64,000 nt of DNA from a virus (lineage: Duplodnaviria > Caudoviricetes): positions 46,940 to 110,939 of the IMG/VR virus record IMGVR_UViG_3300031998_000031; one strand, written 5' to 3'. Each line of letters starts with the position of its first letter. The first letter of the stretch is position 1. Shown in pieces: positions 19,632-27,894 of this stretch. The translations under genes and the position numbers were made by a program. The notes beneath the pieces are model-generated. The model was not told where the DNA came from. It saw nothing but the letters and a program-made list of their open reading frames with translations, and did no database searches.

Positions 19632-20993
19632 ATGGGCGTGTCAGATTTTGTAAAAGTTGCTTATAATGGCTCATTAATTCATGAAGCAGGAGCGGAAAGT
19701 GTTTTTACATTAAATACTTCTAAGAAATGGCTAGCCGGAGATATAGAGGTAGAAGTTGGTTCTATTCCACTTGCTACACTTATTTCTAAATCTATAACTC
19801 AAAATGGAACATATAAAGCCGAAGATGATAGCGCGGATGGGTATTCTCAGGTAATTGTAAGCGTTGCCGGAGGCCCCGATACATCGGACGCGACCCTTTC
19901 TTCGGGTGCGCAGATGCTCTATGGTATTACAGCTTATGCAAGTGGTGTAAAATACACAGGTGCTATTCAGACATATTCTGGCTCTGTTAATGGCCAAGCC
20001 GGAAGTATTCCATTTTATTCAGGAGCTTATAACATTACTCCGTCTACAACAGAGCAGATATTATCTACATCTGGTAAAGTGATGTCTGATGATATGGTTA
20101 TTGGTTCTTATAGTAATAGTGGATTAGCAATAAGCAGCCCATTAATGCTTGTCGGTAATGCAACATCGTTGGGTTCAATTTTGGACTATAACGAGTCTCT
20201 TGAGCGTTTAATTCCGGAAATGTATTTTCCGAATGTCACGTCTATTCCAGACTGGCAATTTAATGGATACGCGTCTTTGGAAAAAATAGATTTTCCAGTA
20301 TGCAGTTCAATAGGGGCCGAGGCATTTTGTTATCTGGAATATCTTTCTGATATTTCATTTCCGATGTGCCAATATATTGGCATGTCAGCATTTTTGCAAT
20401 GCACAACTCTTCCTTATGTTAGCTTTTCTTTGTGCAGCATAATGGAGGATGATGCGTTCGCTGGGTGTAGCAGTATATCGTATGCTAGTTTTCCGGTTTG
20501 CACAAGTATTGGCATGTCAGCATTTGCGTATTGTTTGAGTTTAGCAACCATTTCATTCCCATTATTATCGGATATTGGGTCGGAGGCATTTGAGGGATGC
20601 TACAATTTAGCTTCTGTAATATTACCTAGTTGCCCATACATTCATTATGCAACGTTTAGTGAATGCTATAATATATCTTATGTATCCTTACCTATTTGCA
20701 GTTATATAGAAAGTTATGCTTTTGCATCTTGTTCTAGCTTAACTGCAATTTCGCTTCCAGCTTGTACATCGATAGAAGATTATGCCTTTAATGGCTGTGC
20801 TTCATTATCGTCATTATATTTGATGGGTTCGGAAAAATGCATTTTGGAAGATACTCAGGCATTTTATGACACATTGCTTCATTTTGAAAACGACCCTTAT
20901 ATTGGTCGCATTTATGTTCCGTCGAGTTTATTAACGGCATATAAAACCGATAGTATATGGTCGTATTATGAAAGTGGATTTGTCGGAGTATAG
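19632..20993 (+). CDS. BspA/TpLRR protein 7
   Basis: Start moved to ATG 19632 behind AGGAGG (MGVSDFVKVAYNGS); LRRs; FVGV end. Confidence 0.85.
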   Translation: MGVSDFVKVAYNGSLIHEAGAESVFTLNTSKKWLAGDIEVEVGSIPLATLISKSITQNGTYKAEDDSADGYSQVIVSVAGGPDTSDATLSSGAQMLYGITAYASGVKYTGAIQTYSGSVNGQAGSIPFYSGAYNITPSTTEQILSTSGKVMSDDMVIGSYSNSGLAISSPLMLVGNATSLGSILDYNESLERLIPEMYFPNVTSIPDWQFNGYASLEKIDFPVCSSIGAEAFCYLEYLSDISFPMCQYIGMSAFLQCTTLPYVSFSLCSIMEDDAFAGCSSISYASFPVCTSIGMSAFAYCLSLATISFPLLSDIGSEAFEGCYNLASVILPSCPYIHYATFSECYNISYVSLPICSYIESYAFASCSSLTAISLPACTSIEDYAFNGCASLSSLYLMGSEKCILEDTQAFYDTLLHFENDPYIGRIYVPSSLLTAYKTDSIWSYYESGFVGV

Positions 20994-21025
20994 ATATTTT
21001 CATATTTTTTAGCAGGAGGTAAACT

Positions 21026-22105
21026 ATGAAATTACAAATTCTTGTTCCGCATTATCATGAGACTGCGGACGTAATCAAACCCTTATTGGATAGTGTAGCT
21101 ATTCAGCAGAACGTCGATTTCAATGAAATCGGCGTTATTATTTGCCATGATGGGTCACAGCCATCAATCGAAGATTGCAACCGTGAAGATAGCAATGACG
21201 CTAACTACAAAATCAAGGCAGATGAGAGCAGAGAATTTGAGTTCTATGATGATTACGCTATCGGTGGGCGATATTCTTTGTTTGGCGAATATCCTTTCAA
21301 AATAGAACAATATCATCTGCCTCATAAGGGCGTGTCGGCATGCCGCAATGGCTGCCTTGACCATGCGACCGCAGATTATGTCATGTTCTGCGACATCGAT
21401 GACATGTTTTGCAACGTTTGCGGCCTATGGATGATGTTCCGTGAGATTCAGATTGGATTCGACAGCATGGTATCAGTGTTCGTTGAAGAGACAAGGATGC
21501 CGAAGACCAAAGAGGTAATGTACATCAATCACGAACGGGACAGCACCTTTGTTCACGGCAAGCTCCACAGACGTCAGTATCTTCTGGATAAAAAGATAAG
21601 ATTTAACGACAATCTGACAATCCACGAGGACAGTTTCTTCAATATCCTCTGTCAGAACCTTTCGCAGAACGTCAAGTATTGCCAAACGCCGTTTTACCTG
21701 TGGCGCTGGCGTGATGAAAGTGTATGCAGGCATGACCCTAAGTATATCCTGAAGACCTATAAGAATATGCTGGATTCCAACGATGCGCTGATAGATGAGT
21801 TTATCAAGCGTGGAATGCTGGATAAGGCAGCGTTCTATACGGCGTTCATGACTTTTGATGCTTATTACACCATGAATAAGCCTGAGTGGATAAATCAGGA
21901 GAATCAGGAGTACAGGGATAGCACTGAGCTGAGATTTGCTGAATGGTTTTTGAAACACGAGAGTGCGTGGAATGACATCCCGTCGCCCGACAAGATGCAG
22001 ATATCCAATATGATTCGTGGCCGTGTCATCAACGAGGGCATGATGATGGAGGCAATCACCATAGACGCATGGCTTAAGCACGTAAAGAGCTTAAAAAATG
22101 AGTAG
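21026..22105 (+). CDS. Family 2 (GT-A) glycosyltransferase
   Basis: 'ILVPHY', 'ICHDGS', 'GVSACRN.CLD.A.ADYVMFCDIDD' (DxD), 'HED..F'. Confidence 0.85.
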   Translation: MKLQILVPHYHETADVIKPLLDSVAIQQNVDFNEIGVIICHDGSQPSIEDCNREDSNDANYKIKADESREFEFYDDYAIGGRYSLFGEYPFKIEQYHLPHKGVSACRNGCLDHATADYVMFCDIDDMFCNVCGLWMMFREIQIGFDSMVSVFVEETRMPKTKEVMYINHERDSTFVHGKLHRRQYLLDKKIRFNDNLTIHEDSFFNILCQNLSQNVKYCQTPFYLWRWRDESVCRHDPKYILKTYKNMLDSNDALIDEFIKRGMLDKAAFYTAFMTFDAYYTMNKPEWINQENQEYRDSTELRFAEWFLKHESAWNDIPSPDKMQISNMIRGRVINEGMMMEAITIDAWLKHVKSLKNE

Positions 22106-22346
22106 TTTTTCCAAGGAGGCACAAATGGAAGGCGAAAAGGATAAAACACAGATTCCATATTTCGTTATGGACGGAGTAATGGCAAGGATGGAAAGGTTTT
22201 TTCGAATCACGGTGCTTGCACTTGTGGCGGTATTGGCGATAGCCATCACCGCTTATTTGCTTAATGACAATTATTGGCGTGCGTTTTATCATGATATGAA
22301 GGGTGAAGATGAAGTATACGAACTGTATGATGGAGCTGTGGATTGA
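22098..22346 (+). CDS. Small single-pass membrane protein
   Basis: 'IPYFVMDGVMARMER' followed by one hydrophobic helix. Confidence 0.6.
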   Translation: MSSFSKEAQMEGEKDKTQIPYFVMDGVMARMERFFRITVLALVAVLAIAITAYLLNDNYWRAFYHDMKGEDEVYELYDGAVD

Positions 22347-22554
22347 TGAGTATATCCACAACAAGCGGAATCGTTCGATACTCAAAGACCATTACCTTGA
22401 TGGAGAAACACATGAGCAGATTGCAGAAAAGTATGATATGAGCACCAGACAGGTCTCAAACATCTGTCTGGCCGGTATGGATGAGATATCGAAATACGAC
22501 GATTTCGGACTACCTTTAATAGCTATATTGAGATACGTGTTCAGGATGCGTTAA
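22303..22554 (+). CDS. Sigma-70 region-4-like HTH protein
   Basis: 'RNRSILKDHYLDGETHEQIAEKYDMSTRQVSNI'. Confidence 0.7.
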   Translation: MKMKYTNCMMELWIDEYIHNKRNRSILKDHYLDGETHEQIAEKYDMSTRQVSNICLAGMDEISKYDDFGLPLIAILRYVFRMR

Positions 22555-22556
22555 AA

Positions 22557-22584
22557 TTGCATCAAAGTTGCATGTCCCTTTCAT
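22557..22584 (+). promoter_or_regulatory. Three direct TT(G/T)CAT repeats at 11-bp period, candidate operator
   Basis: TTGCAT 22557, TTGCAT 22568, TTTCAT 22579, upstream of CATAAT 22607. Confidence 0.5.
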
Positions 22585-22732
22585 GGCGGACATGTTTTTT
22601 ATTGCCCATAATAAAAGACGTAAGAGGGCTTGAAAATGCAGAAACTCAAACGTCTTTACAAACGCACGATGGCAACATGCTGCAAAAAGGAATCACTCGA
22701 AGAATACTTGCGGGATACCGAGCTGTTCTCTT

Positions 22733-23119
22733 TTGTGGCAGTATTATAACCCTAATCCGTATGGCCGAAGGGCTGGCGATTGCTCCGTCAGGGCGCTGAC
22801 AAAGGCTCTTAATCGGTCGTGGGAATGGTGCTATGTTGCTATCTGTGTAAAGGGCTTTATCTTAGGAGATATGCCAAGCTCCAACTCAGTTTGGGGCGCT
22901 GTACTGAAACAAAATAGGTTCGAGCGGATTTCGTTAAACAATGAATGCCCGGACTGCTATACGCTTGAAGACTTCTGCATCGACAACCCCTCCGGGACCT
23001 ATGTAGTAGGAATGGATGGTCACGTTGCTACTGTCATTGATAGTGTCATTTACGACGCTTGGGATAGTAGCAACGAGATACCCATGTACGTTTGGAGGAA
23101 GTCAAATGGCGTATTATAA
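22733..23119 (+). CDS. Hypothetical protein, possible Cys/His catalytic fold
   Basis: 'YNPNP.GRR.GDC.VRA', 'GHVATV.D....D.WDS'. Confidence 0.65.
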   Translation: MWQYYNPNPYGRRAGDCSVRALTKALNRSWEWCYVAICVKGFILGDMPSSNSVWGAVLKQNRFERISLNNECPDCYTLEDFCIDNPSGTYVVGMDGHVATVIDSVIYDAWDSSNEIPMYVWRKSNGVL

Positions 23120-23525
23120 CGGCAATTATCCGGCGACCTATAATCAGCTCTATCAACAGCCGCAGTTCTACCAACAGCCTGCGAGTTTTCCGCCATTCCA
23201 GCAACAGAATGGCGGGATAATCTTCGTGCAGGGCGAGGCTGCGGCTAAGTCGTATCCGCTGGCACCGGGACAGCGAGTCCTTCTGATGGATTCAGAGGCA
23301 TATCGTTTTTATATTAAGGCTGTGGATGCGAACGGCGTTCCGCTGCCCCTACAGACCTTCGATTACACTGAAGCAGGCGCAAAATCGGCTGCTACAGAGG
23401 AGAAAAAGGAGGAGTCGATAGACTTATCGGAATACGTAAAAAGAGACGAATTTGAGGCGCTTAAGCAGATTGTAGTGACAAAGAAACCTAAGCGCAGACC
23501 TGAAGAGGATGAAGATTATGCATAA
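23106..23525 (+). CDS. Hypothetical protein with Gln/Tyr-rich N-terminus
   Basis: ATG 23106 after GGAGG; 'FVQGEAAAKSY.LAPG..VLLMDSE..FYIK'. Confidence 0.7.
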   Translation: MAYYNGNYPATYNQLYQQPQFYQQPASFPPFQQQNGGIIFVQGEAAAKSYPLAPGQRVLLMDSEAYRFYIKAVDANGVPLPLQTFDYTEAGAKSAATEEKKEESIDLSEYVKRDEFEALKQIVVTKKPKRRPEEDEDYA

Positions 23526-23709
23526 CAATCCCGTCTATCAGGCGTTCGGACAGAACGACTTCGTCTCTCAGTTCAAAAAATTCATGAGCGACTTCCATGG
23601 GAATCCGCAGCAACAGGTCCAGCAGATGCTGAATACTGGGCAGCTCTCCCAAGCGAAGTTGAACAGCGCGATACAGACTGCACAGCAATTGATGCGGTTA
23701 TTGCGATGA
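23509..23709 (+). CDS. Small Gln-rich hypothetical protein
   Basis: 'GNPQQQVQQMLNTGQLSQ'. Confidence 0.65.
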   Translation: MKIMHNNPVYQAFGQNDFVSQFKKFMSDFHGNPQQQVQQMLNTGQLSQAKLNSAIQTAQQLMRLLR

Positions 23710-23834
23710 CAACTGAATAAAGGTAATAAAGTTTACTTATCTTGGCCGAGAATGAGTATATAAGTTATCTCTACTGGCTACCACTTAGGAAGGTAGTCAT
23801 AAATCCCCAAAAGTTAAGGGAGAAAGGTAAACCA

Positions 23835-24677
23835 ATGGCTTTAAATGAAGAGAGTGGCAATGGTCTCGTAATGCCGGTAGCTCCGATGTATGGCGGCAAC
23901 GGCGGCGGAAATGCCTTCGGCGGAGACACTCTTTGGTTCTTAGTCCTGTTTATCCTTCTGGGCGGCTGGAATGGCGGCTTCGGAGGCTTCGGCGGCGGCT
24001 ATGCAATGAATGAGCTGTATCCTTGGATGAATCAGTCCAATCAGATGAGCAACGGCTTCCGCGACCAGATGATGAATACCCAGATAAACGGTATTCAGGG
24101 CGCTATAACAGGCGGCTTCGGTGACGTTCAGAATTCTCTGTGCGCAGGCTTCGCTGGAGTGAACGCTACCGTCAATGGCGCTCAGAACGCTCTTGCTCAG
24201 CAGCTCTACTCTAATCAGATAACTGACCTTGAGAGGAGCTTTGCAGCTCAGACTGCTAACACCGCAGCCATGAATGCGCTTCAGTCTCAGTTCGCTTCCT
24301 GCTGCTGTGAGAACAGAATGGCAACAGCAGACACTAAGTACACCATCGCTACTGAGGCATGTGCCAACAGAAGCGTCGTGAACGATGCTCTCAGAGATGT
24401 CATCGCTGCTAACAATGCGTCCACTCAGCGCATCCTTGACCAGATGTGCCAAGATAAGATTGACGCAAAGAACGAAAAGATAGCAGAGCTTCAGAATGCG
24501 CTTACGATGGCGAACATCGCAGCAAATCAGAACGCCAACACTGCGGCCATCCTTGCCAACAACGAGGCTCAGACCGCAGCGCTTGAGCAGTATCTTGCTC
24601 CTGTCCCCAAGCCTGCTTATGTAGTACAGAACCCCGCTTGCTGCAATCAGACCTTTGGTTGCGGTTGCGCGGCTTAG
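23835..24677 (+). CDS. Gly-rich, membrane-anchored coiled-coil protein with CCC motif
   Basis: ATG 23835 after AGAAAGG; Gly-flanked hydrophobic segment, Asn/Gln/Ala coiled coil, 'SCCCENR', ends 'CCNQTFGCGCAA'. Confidence 0.75.
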   Translation: MALNEESGNGLVMPVAPMYGGNGGGNAFGGDTLWFLVLFILLGGWNGGFGGFGGGYAMNELYPWMNQSNQMSNGFRDQMMNTQINGIQGAITGGFGDVQNSLCAGFAGVNATVNGAQNALAQQLYSNQITDLERSFAAQTANTAAMNALQSQFASCCCENRMATADTKYTIATEACANRSVVNDALRDVIAANNASTQRILDQMCQDKIDAKNEKIAELQNALTMANIAANQNANTAAILANNEAQTAALEQYLAPVPKPAYVVQNPACCNQTFGCGCAA

Positions 24678-24689
24678 GGAGGTACTGCC

Positions 24690-25151
24690 ATGGCTTGCGA
24701 GTATCTTGCTTCCGGGCAGCAAAGCGTGTCTTTGAACAGCCCTGTAATCTTTACAGCATCTATACCCTGTAGGCGTGGTTATGTCTACCACGAAGACGAA
24801 ACGGGTATTTTTATCCTCCATGGCGCAGCGGCAAATTCATGTAATGGCTTCGCGCATTATCAGGTTACATGTAACGGAAACATTGCCATCCCAACAGGCG
24901 GGACCGCAGGTCCCATCGCCATTGCCCTCACGGTAAACGGCGAACCGAGGCTCACGAGCATGGCGGTCTTTACCCCTGCTGCCGTAGAGACGTTCGGCAA
25001 TGTTACAAGTACAGCGATTATCAAAGTACCGAAAGGCTGTTGCTTCTCACTCTCAGTCGAGAGCGTAGCCGCGTCTACTGACGCCACGGCCACCCCGGCA
25101 CCTACTATCGTTGCTTCAGACATGAACCTGACGATAACGAGAGTTGCTTAG
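24690..25151 (+). CDS. Beta-rich hypothetical protein (possibly C1q/BclA-C-like fold)
   Basis: 'YQVTCNGNIAIPTGGT.GPIAIAL..NGE'; fold is inference. Confidence 0.6.
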   Translation: MACEYLASGQQSVSLNSPVIFTASIPCRRGYVYHEDETGIFILHGAAANSCNGFAHYQVTCNGNIAIPTGGTAGPIAIALTVNGEPRLTSMAVFTPAAVETFGNVTSTAIIKVPKGCCFSLSVESVAASTDATATPAPTIVASDMNLTITRVA

Positions 25152-25163
25152 GGAGGACAAAAG

Positions 25164-25520
25164 ATGCATAACCTTTGTGAATATATTAAAAGGGAGCTGG
25201 ATGTACTTGATGACAAGTCCGCTACATCCAAGCTGACCATGAATGAGATTGAATATGCGGACCTGCTGTATCATCTTCTGAAGACTATGAAAGTCGTCTA
25301 CGCTATGGACGATGGCGGTTATTCCGTCACCTATAGCGATTATAGCGAAAGAGGCTACGACAGAGGTTACCACCACGAATATCCCAGATATTCGAGAGGA
25401 GGCTATTCAAGAGCCTCTAAGGATGATTTCCGCTCAATGCTTCAGGAAACGATGGATGCAGCGCCTGACGAACAAACGCGTCAGAAGATACAGCGTTTCA
25501 TGACCGAAATGGACAGATAG
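25164..25520 (+). CDS. Hypothetical protein with Tyr/Ser/Arg/Gly-rich tract
   Basis: GGAGG RBS; last gene before terminator. Confidence 0.65.
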   Translation: MHNLCEYIKRELDVLDDKSATSKLTMNEIEYADLLYHLLKTMKVVYAMDDGGYSVTYSDYSERGYDRGYHHEYPRYSRGGYSRASKDDFRSMLQETMDAAPDEQTRQKIQRFMTEMDR

Positions 25521-25545
25521 ATACGAGATTTCATGCTCCACAATC

Positions 25546-25588
25546 AAGAAAAGCTCTTGAGGACTCAACGTTCTCAAGGGCTTTTCTT
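25546..25588. terminator. Probable bidirectional intrinsic terminator
   Basis: AAGAAAAGCTCTTGAGGA / TTCTCAAGGGCTTTTCTT inverted repeat. Confidence 0.7.
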
Positions 25589-25625
25589 CGTTGTGTAACA
25601 TGGATGCAGAATTGGAGGTACAAAA

Positions 25626-26753
25626 TTGGACGATATTGGCCGCATTGCTGTTGCGCGGTATAAGAGACGTAGGCAACTTAGAATCGACGCTAAGGCTGAA
25701 GATTTAGACTGGATAACTCTTGAGAATGGAGAGCATGCGCCCATTGACTCGAATACCGGTGATATTCTTGGGGGACCGTTAAAGGGGCGCTCTTTTAAAG
25801 ACGCAAAGTCAGTCAAGCACACTCCAAAGAGCGCGGTATCGGCTGGCCGGAAGAAGTACGATGATTATGTAAAGAAGGTCCGTCCATTAAAGGACCGTTT
25901 CAGTAAGATAGAGTCTGAGTTGGACGAAAAGCGGACAAAGTATATCGAGCTGTTCCACGAGGGAAAGCTTACACCGGAGCTAAAGTCTTCGATGGATGCA
26001 GAGATTAGCGCCCTTGAGTCTGAATATTCCAGCACAAAAGACACTATCGAACAGCTTGATAAAGATGTCTTTTCGAGCGAGGCATTTCAGGAAAATGCCA
26101 ACGCGATTAAAGCTCTTATAGGCGAGAACAAAAAAGTCGACTTATCCGGCGTGGACTTTGACCAGCAGGTGGCGATAGTCGACTCTGTAAAGACTGTAAT
26201 CAACAAATATCCGAGCATGAAAGATGCTTTTTCTGGGATTACCGTTGAGGGCGTCGGCGATGTGTTCGCGCAGCACTCTACTTTCATTGCAGCTTTCAAT
26301 CCTTCAACTGGCTTGATTCATCTGAATACAGATTATTATGGTATTGGCAAAGTTGAATCGGCGCGTGAGGAGTATAATAAAGCACGTGAAAAGAAGTTTC
26401 ATCCGGAAGGTGTGGGCTTTGAGAGCAGTGTTGTTCATGAGATGGGGCATGCCTTGGATACATTCTTGTCCAAGGAGCTGTTCGGAATGGACTACTACTG
26501 GAAAAGCGAACGCATCAGCCGAAGGATATGGAATACGGATATCAAGGCGATGAAAAAGGCCAAGGGCGGCGCATCCGTAATGAAGTCAGATATTGCAAAT
26601 GTTCTGTGCGGCTACGCATCTGAATCGCCGGACGAATATCTTGCTGAAGGCTTTGCTGAATATATCTGTAGCTCGACGCCAAGAAAAACGGCCACGAAAA
26701 TCGGACACAGAATCGAGCAGTATATTAAGAAGTATGAGAATAAGGGGTACTGA
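25626..26753 (+). CDS. Zincin metallopeptidase-domain protein
   Basis: HEMGH plus downstream 'YA...PDEYLAEGF'; N-terminal 'WITLENGEHAPID' motif; central coiled coil. Confidence 0.7.
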   Translation: MDDIGRIAVARYKRRRQLRIDAKAEDLDWITLENGEHAPIDSNTGDILGGPLKGRSFKDAKSVKHTPKSAVSAGRKKYDDYVKKVRPLKDRFSKIESELDEKRTKYIELFHEGKLTPELKSSMDAEISALESEYSSTKDTIEQLDKDVFSSEAFQENANAIKALIGENKKVDLSGVDFDQQVAIVDSVKTVINKYPSMKDAFSGITVEGVGDVFAQHSTFIAAFNPSTGLIHLNTDYYGIGKVESAREEYNKAREKKFHPEGVGFESSVVHEMGHALDTFLSKELFGMDYYWKSERISRRIWNTDIKAMKKAKGGASVMKSDIANVLCGYASESPDEYLAEGFAEYICSSTPRKTATKIGHRIEQYIKKYENKGY

Positions 26754-26755
26754 TT

Positions 26756-26926
26756 ATGATTGGAATAATGCCTAAGTTCTATGAGAGCGAATACTTTGTC
26801 CCGGAGGTCGGCAACTGGCATTTAAAGCCCGGTGCCCCTAAAGAGATTAAGGACGAATTTAACACCTACATGAAGGAGCACAAAAAGTTCGAAGCTGAAA
26901 TGGAAAAAGCGGCCCAGAAAAAGTAA
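26756..26926 (+). CDS. 56-aa partner protein (possible inhibitor/immunity), absent from ORF track
   Basis: MIGIMPKFYESEYFVPEVGNWHLKPGAPKEIKDEFNTYMKEHKKFEAEMEKAAQKK; 2 nt after peptidase stop. Confidence 0.6.
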   Translation: MIGIMPKFYESEYFVPEVGNWHLKPGAPKEIKDEFNTYMKEHKKFEAEMEKAAQKK

Positions 26927-26945
26927 AGGTAATTACGTATTATTT

Positions 26946-26970
26946 AGGAGCGGTGTCCCGCTCCTTTTTG
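26946..26970 (+). terminator. Intrinsic terminator
   Basis: AGGAGCGG-TGTC-CCGCTCCT followed by T run. Confidence 0.8.
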
Positions 26971-26991
26971 TTTTAAGGAGGGTGAAAAGAA

Positions 26992-27477
26992 TTGGACAAT
27001 GCAGAAATCTACAAGAATACCGGGATAATATTGTTCCTTATCATCTCATGGTTCGTCGAGATTCCGAAGGTAAAGCTTAATGTGTGGAAATGGATTGGAC
27101 AGCAGATAGGCACGGTCCTAAATGCCAAACAGACTACAGAGATTAAAGCCTTTCAGGAGGAGGTCAAGTCCGAGCTGAAGGACATGAAGGCTGATATAGA
27201 CACTACGAAGGCTGCCTTTGAGGATTATAAGCACGACAGGACGCTCAAAGACCTTAATGACAAACGACAGCGCATATTGAGATTCAGTGATGAGATACGA
27301 CGCAAGGAGCGTCACTCAGAGGAGATGTTCAACAGTATCTTGGAAGATATAGATGAGTATGAAAAATACTGCGACGACCACCCGAAATATCGAAACAACA
27401 AGGCTGACTTCGCTATAGCGAATGTTAAACGAGTTTATCAAAAAACGCTTGATGAGAACGATTTTCTGAATGATTAA
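26992..27477 (+). CDS. Lysis-module membrane/coiled-coil protein
   Basis: N-terminal hydrophobic segment 'EIPKVKLNVWKWIG', 'RILRFSDE', 'YEKYC..HP.Y.NNKA'. Confidence 0.65.
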   Translation: MDNAEIYKNTGIILFLIISWFVEIPKVKLNVWKWIGQQIGTVLNAKQTTEIKAFQEEVKSELKDMKADIDTTKAAFEDYKHDRTLKDLNDKRQRILRFSDEIRRKERHSEEMFNSILEDIDEYEKYCDDHPKYRNNKADFAIANVKRVYQKTLDENDFLND

Positions 27478-27498
27478 AATTTTGTTGGAGGCGACGAA

Positions 27499-27894
27499 AT
27501 GAATATTTTAGAACTGATTGAAAAGAACCTGATAAATGTCGGTTGGGCGATGGCGATATTTTTGACAGCGTATCTGTCCAACATGTGCTTTTCGCTCTAC
27601 CTCAATATCGGACTGTTGAAGCAGTCATTTGACAAGGAAAAATTCCTTAAGTCGGTAATCAAGGCAGCTGTCTTTATAGCCGGATTGGCGTTGCTCACCA
27701 CTTCGGTCACGGTAATCCCACAGTTTGCAGAACTGATGTCTTGGACGATTCCCACGGAGTTCACTGAGATATTTTCCGGCATCGTAATAGTGGCTACGCT
27801 TTTGTACGTGACGTGCAGGTATGCAGTCGAGGCATTTCAGAAGTTTAAGGCTATCCTTGATTATCCAGAGATAAAGGAGGGTTCCAATGTCTGA
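27499..27894 (+). CDS. Putative holin
   Basis: 131 aa, three hydrophobic segments, overlaps endolysin start. Confidence 0.65.
   Translation: MNILELIEKNLINVGWAMAIFLTAYLSNMCFSLYLNIGLLKQSFDKEKFLKSVIKAAVFIAGLALLTTSVTVIPQFAELMSWTIPTEFTEIFSGIVIVATLLYVTCRYAVEAFQKFKAILDYPEIKEGSNV

Noticed and set aside
7371-19965. Shufflon or invertible tail-fibre cassette built on the repeated DATLSSGAQMLSGITAYASG module
   Set aside because: Copies are all in direct orientation, differ at synonymous positions, and belong to genes with their own starts; no invertase or inverted crossover sites seen
10490-20993. Complete diversity-generating retroelement
   Set aside because: No reverse transcriptase and no adenine-variant template repeat found in the window
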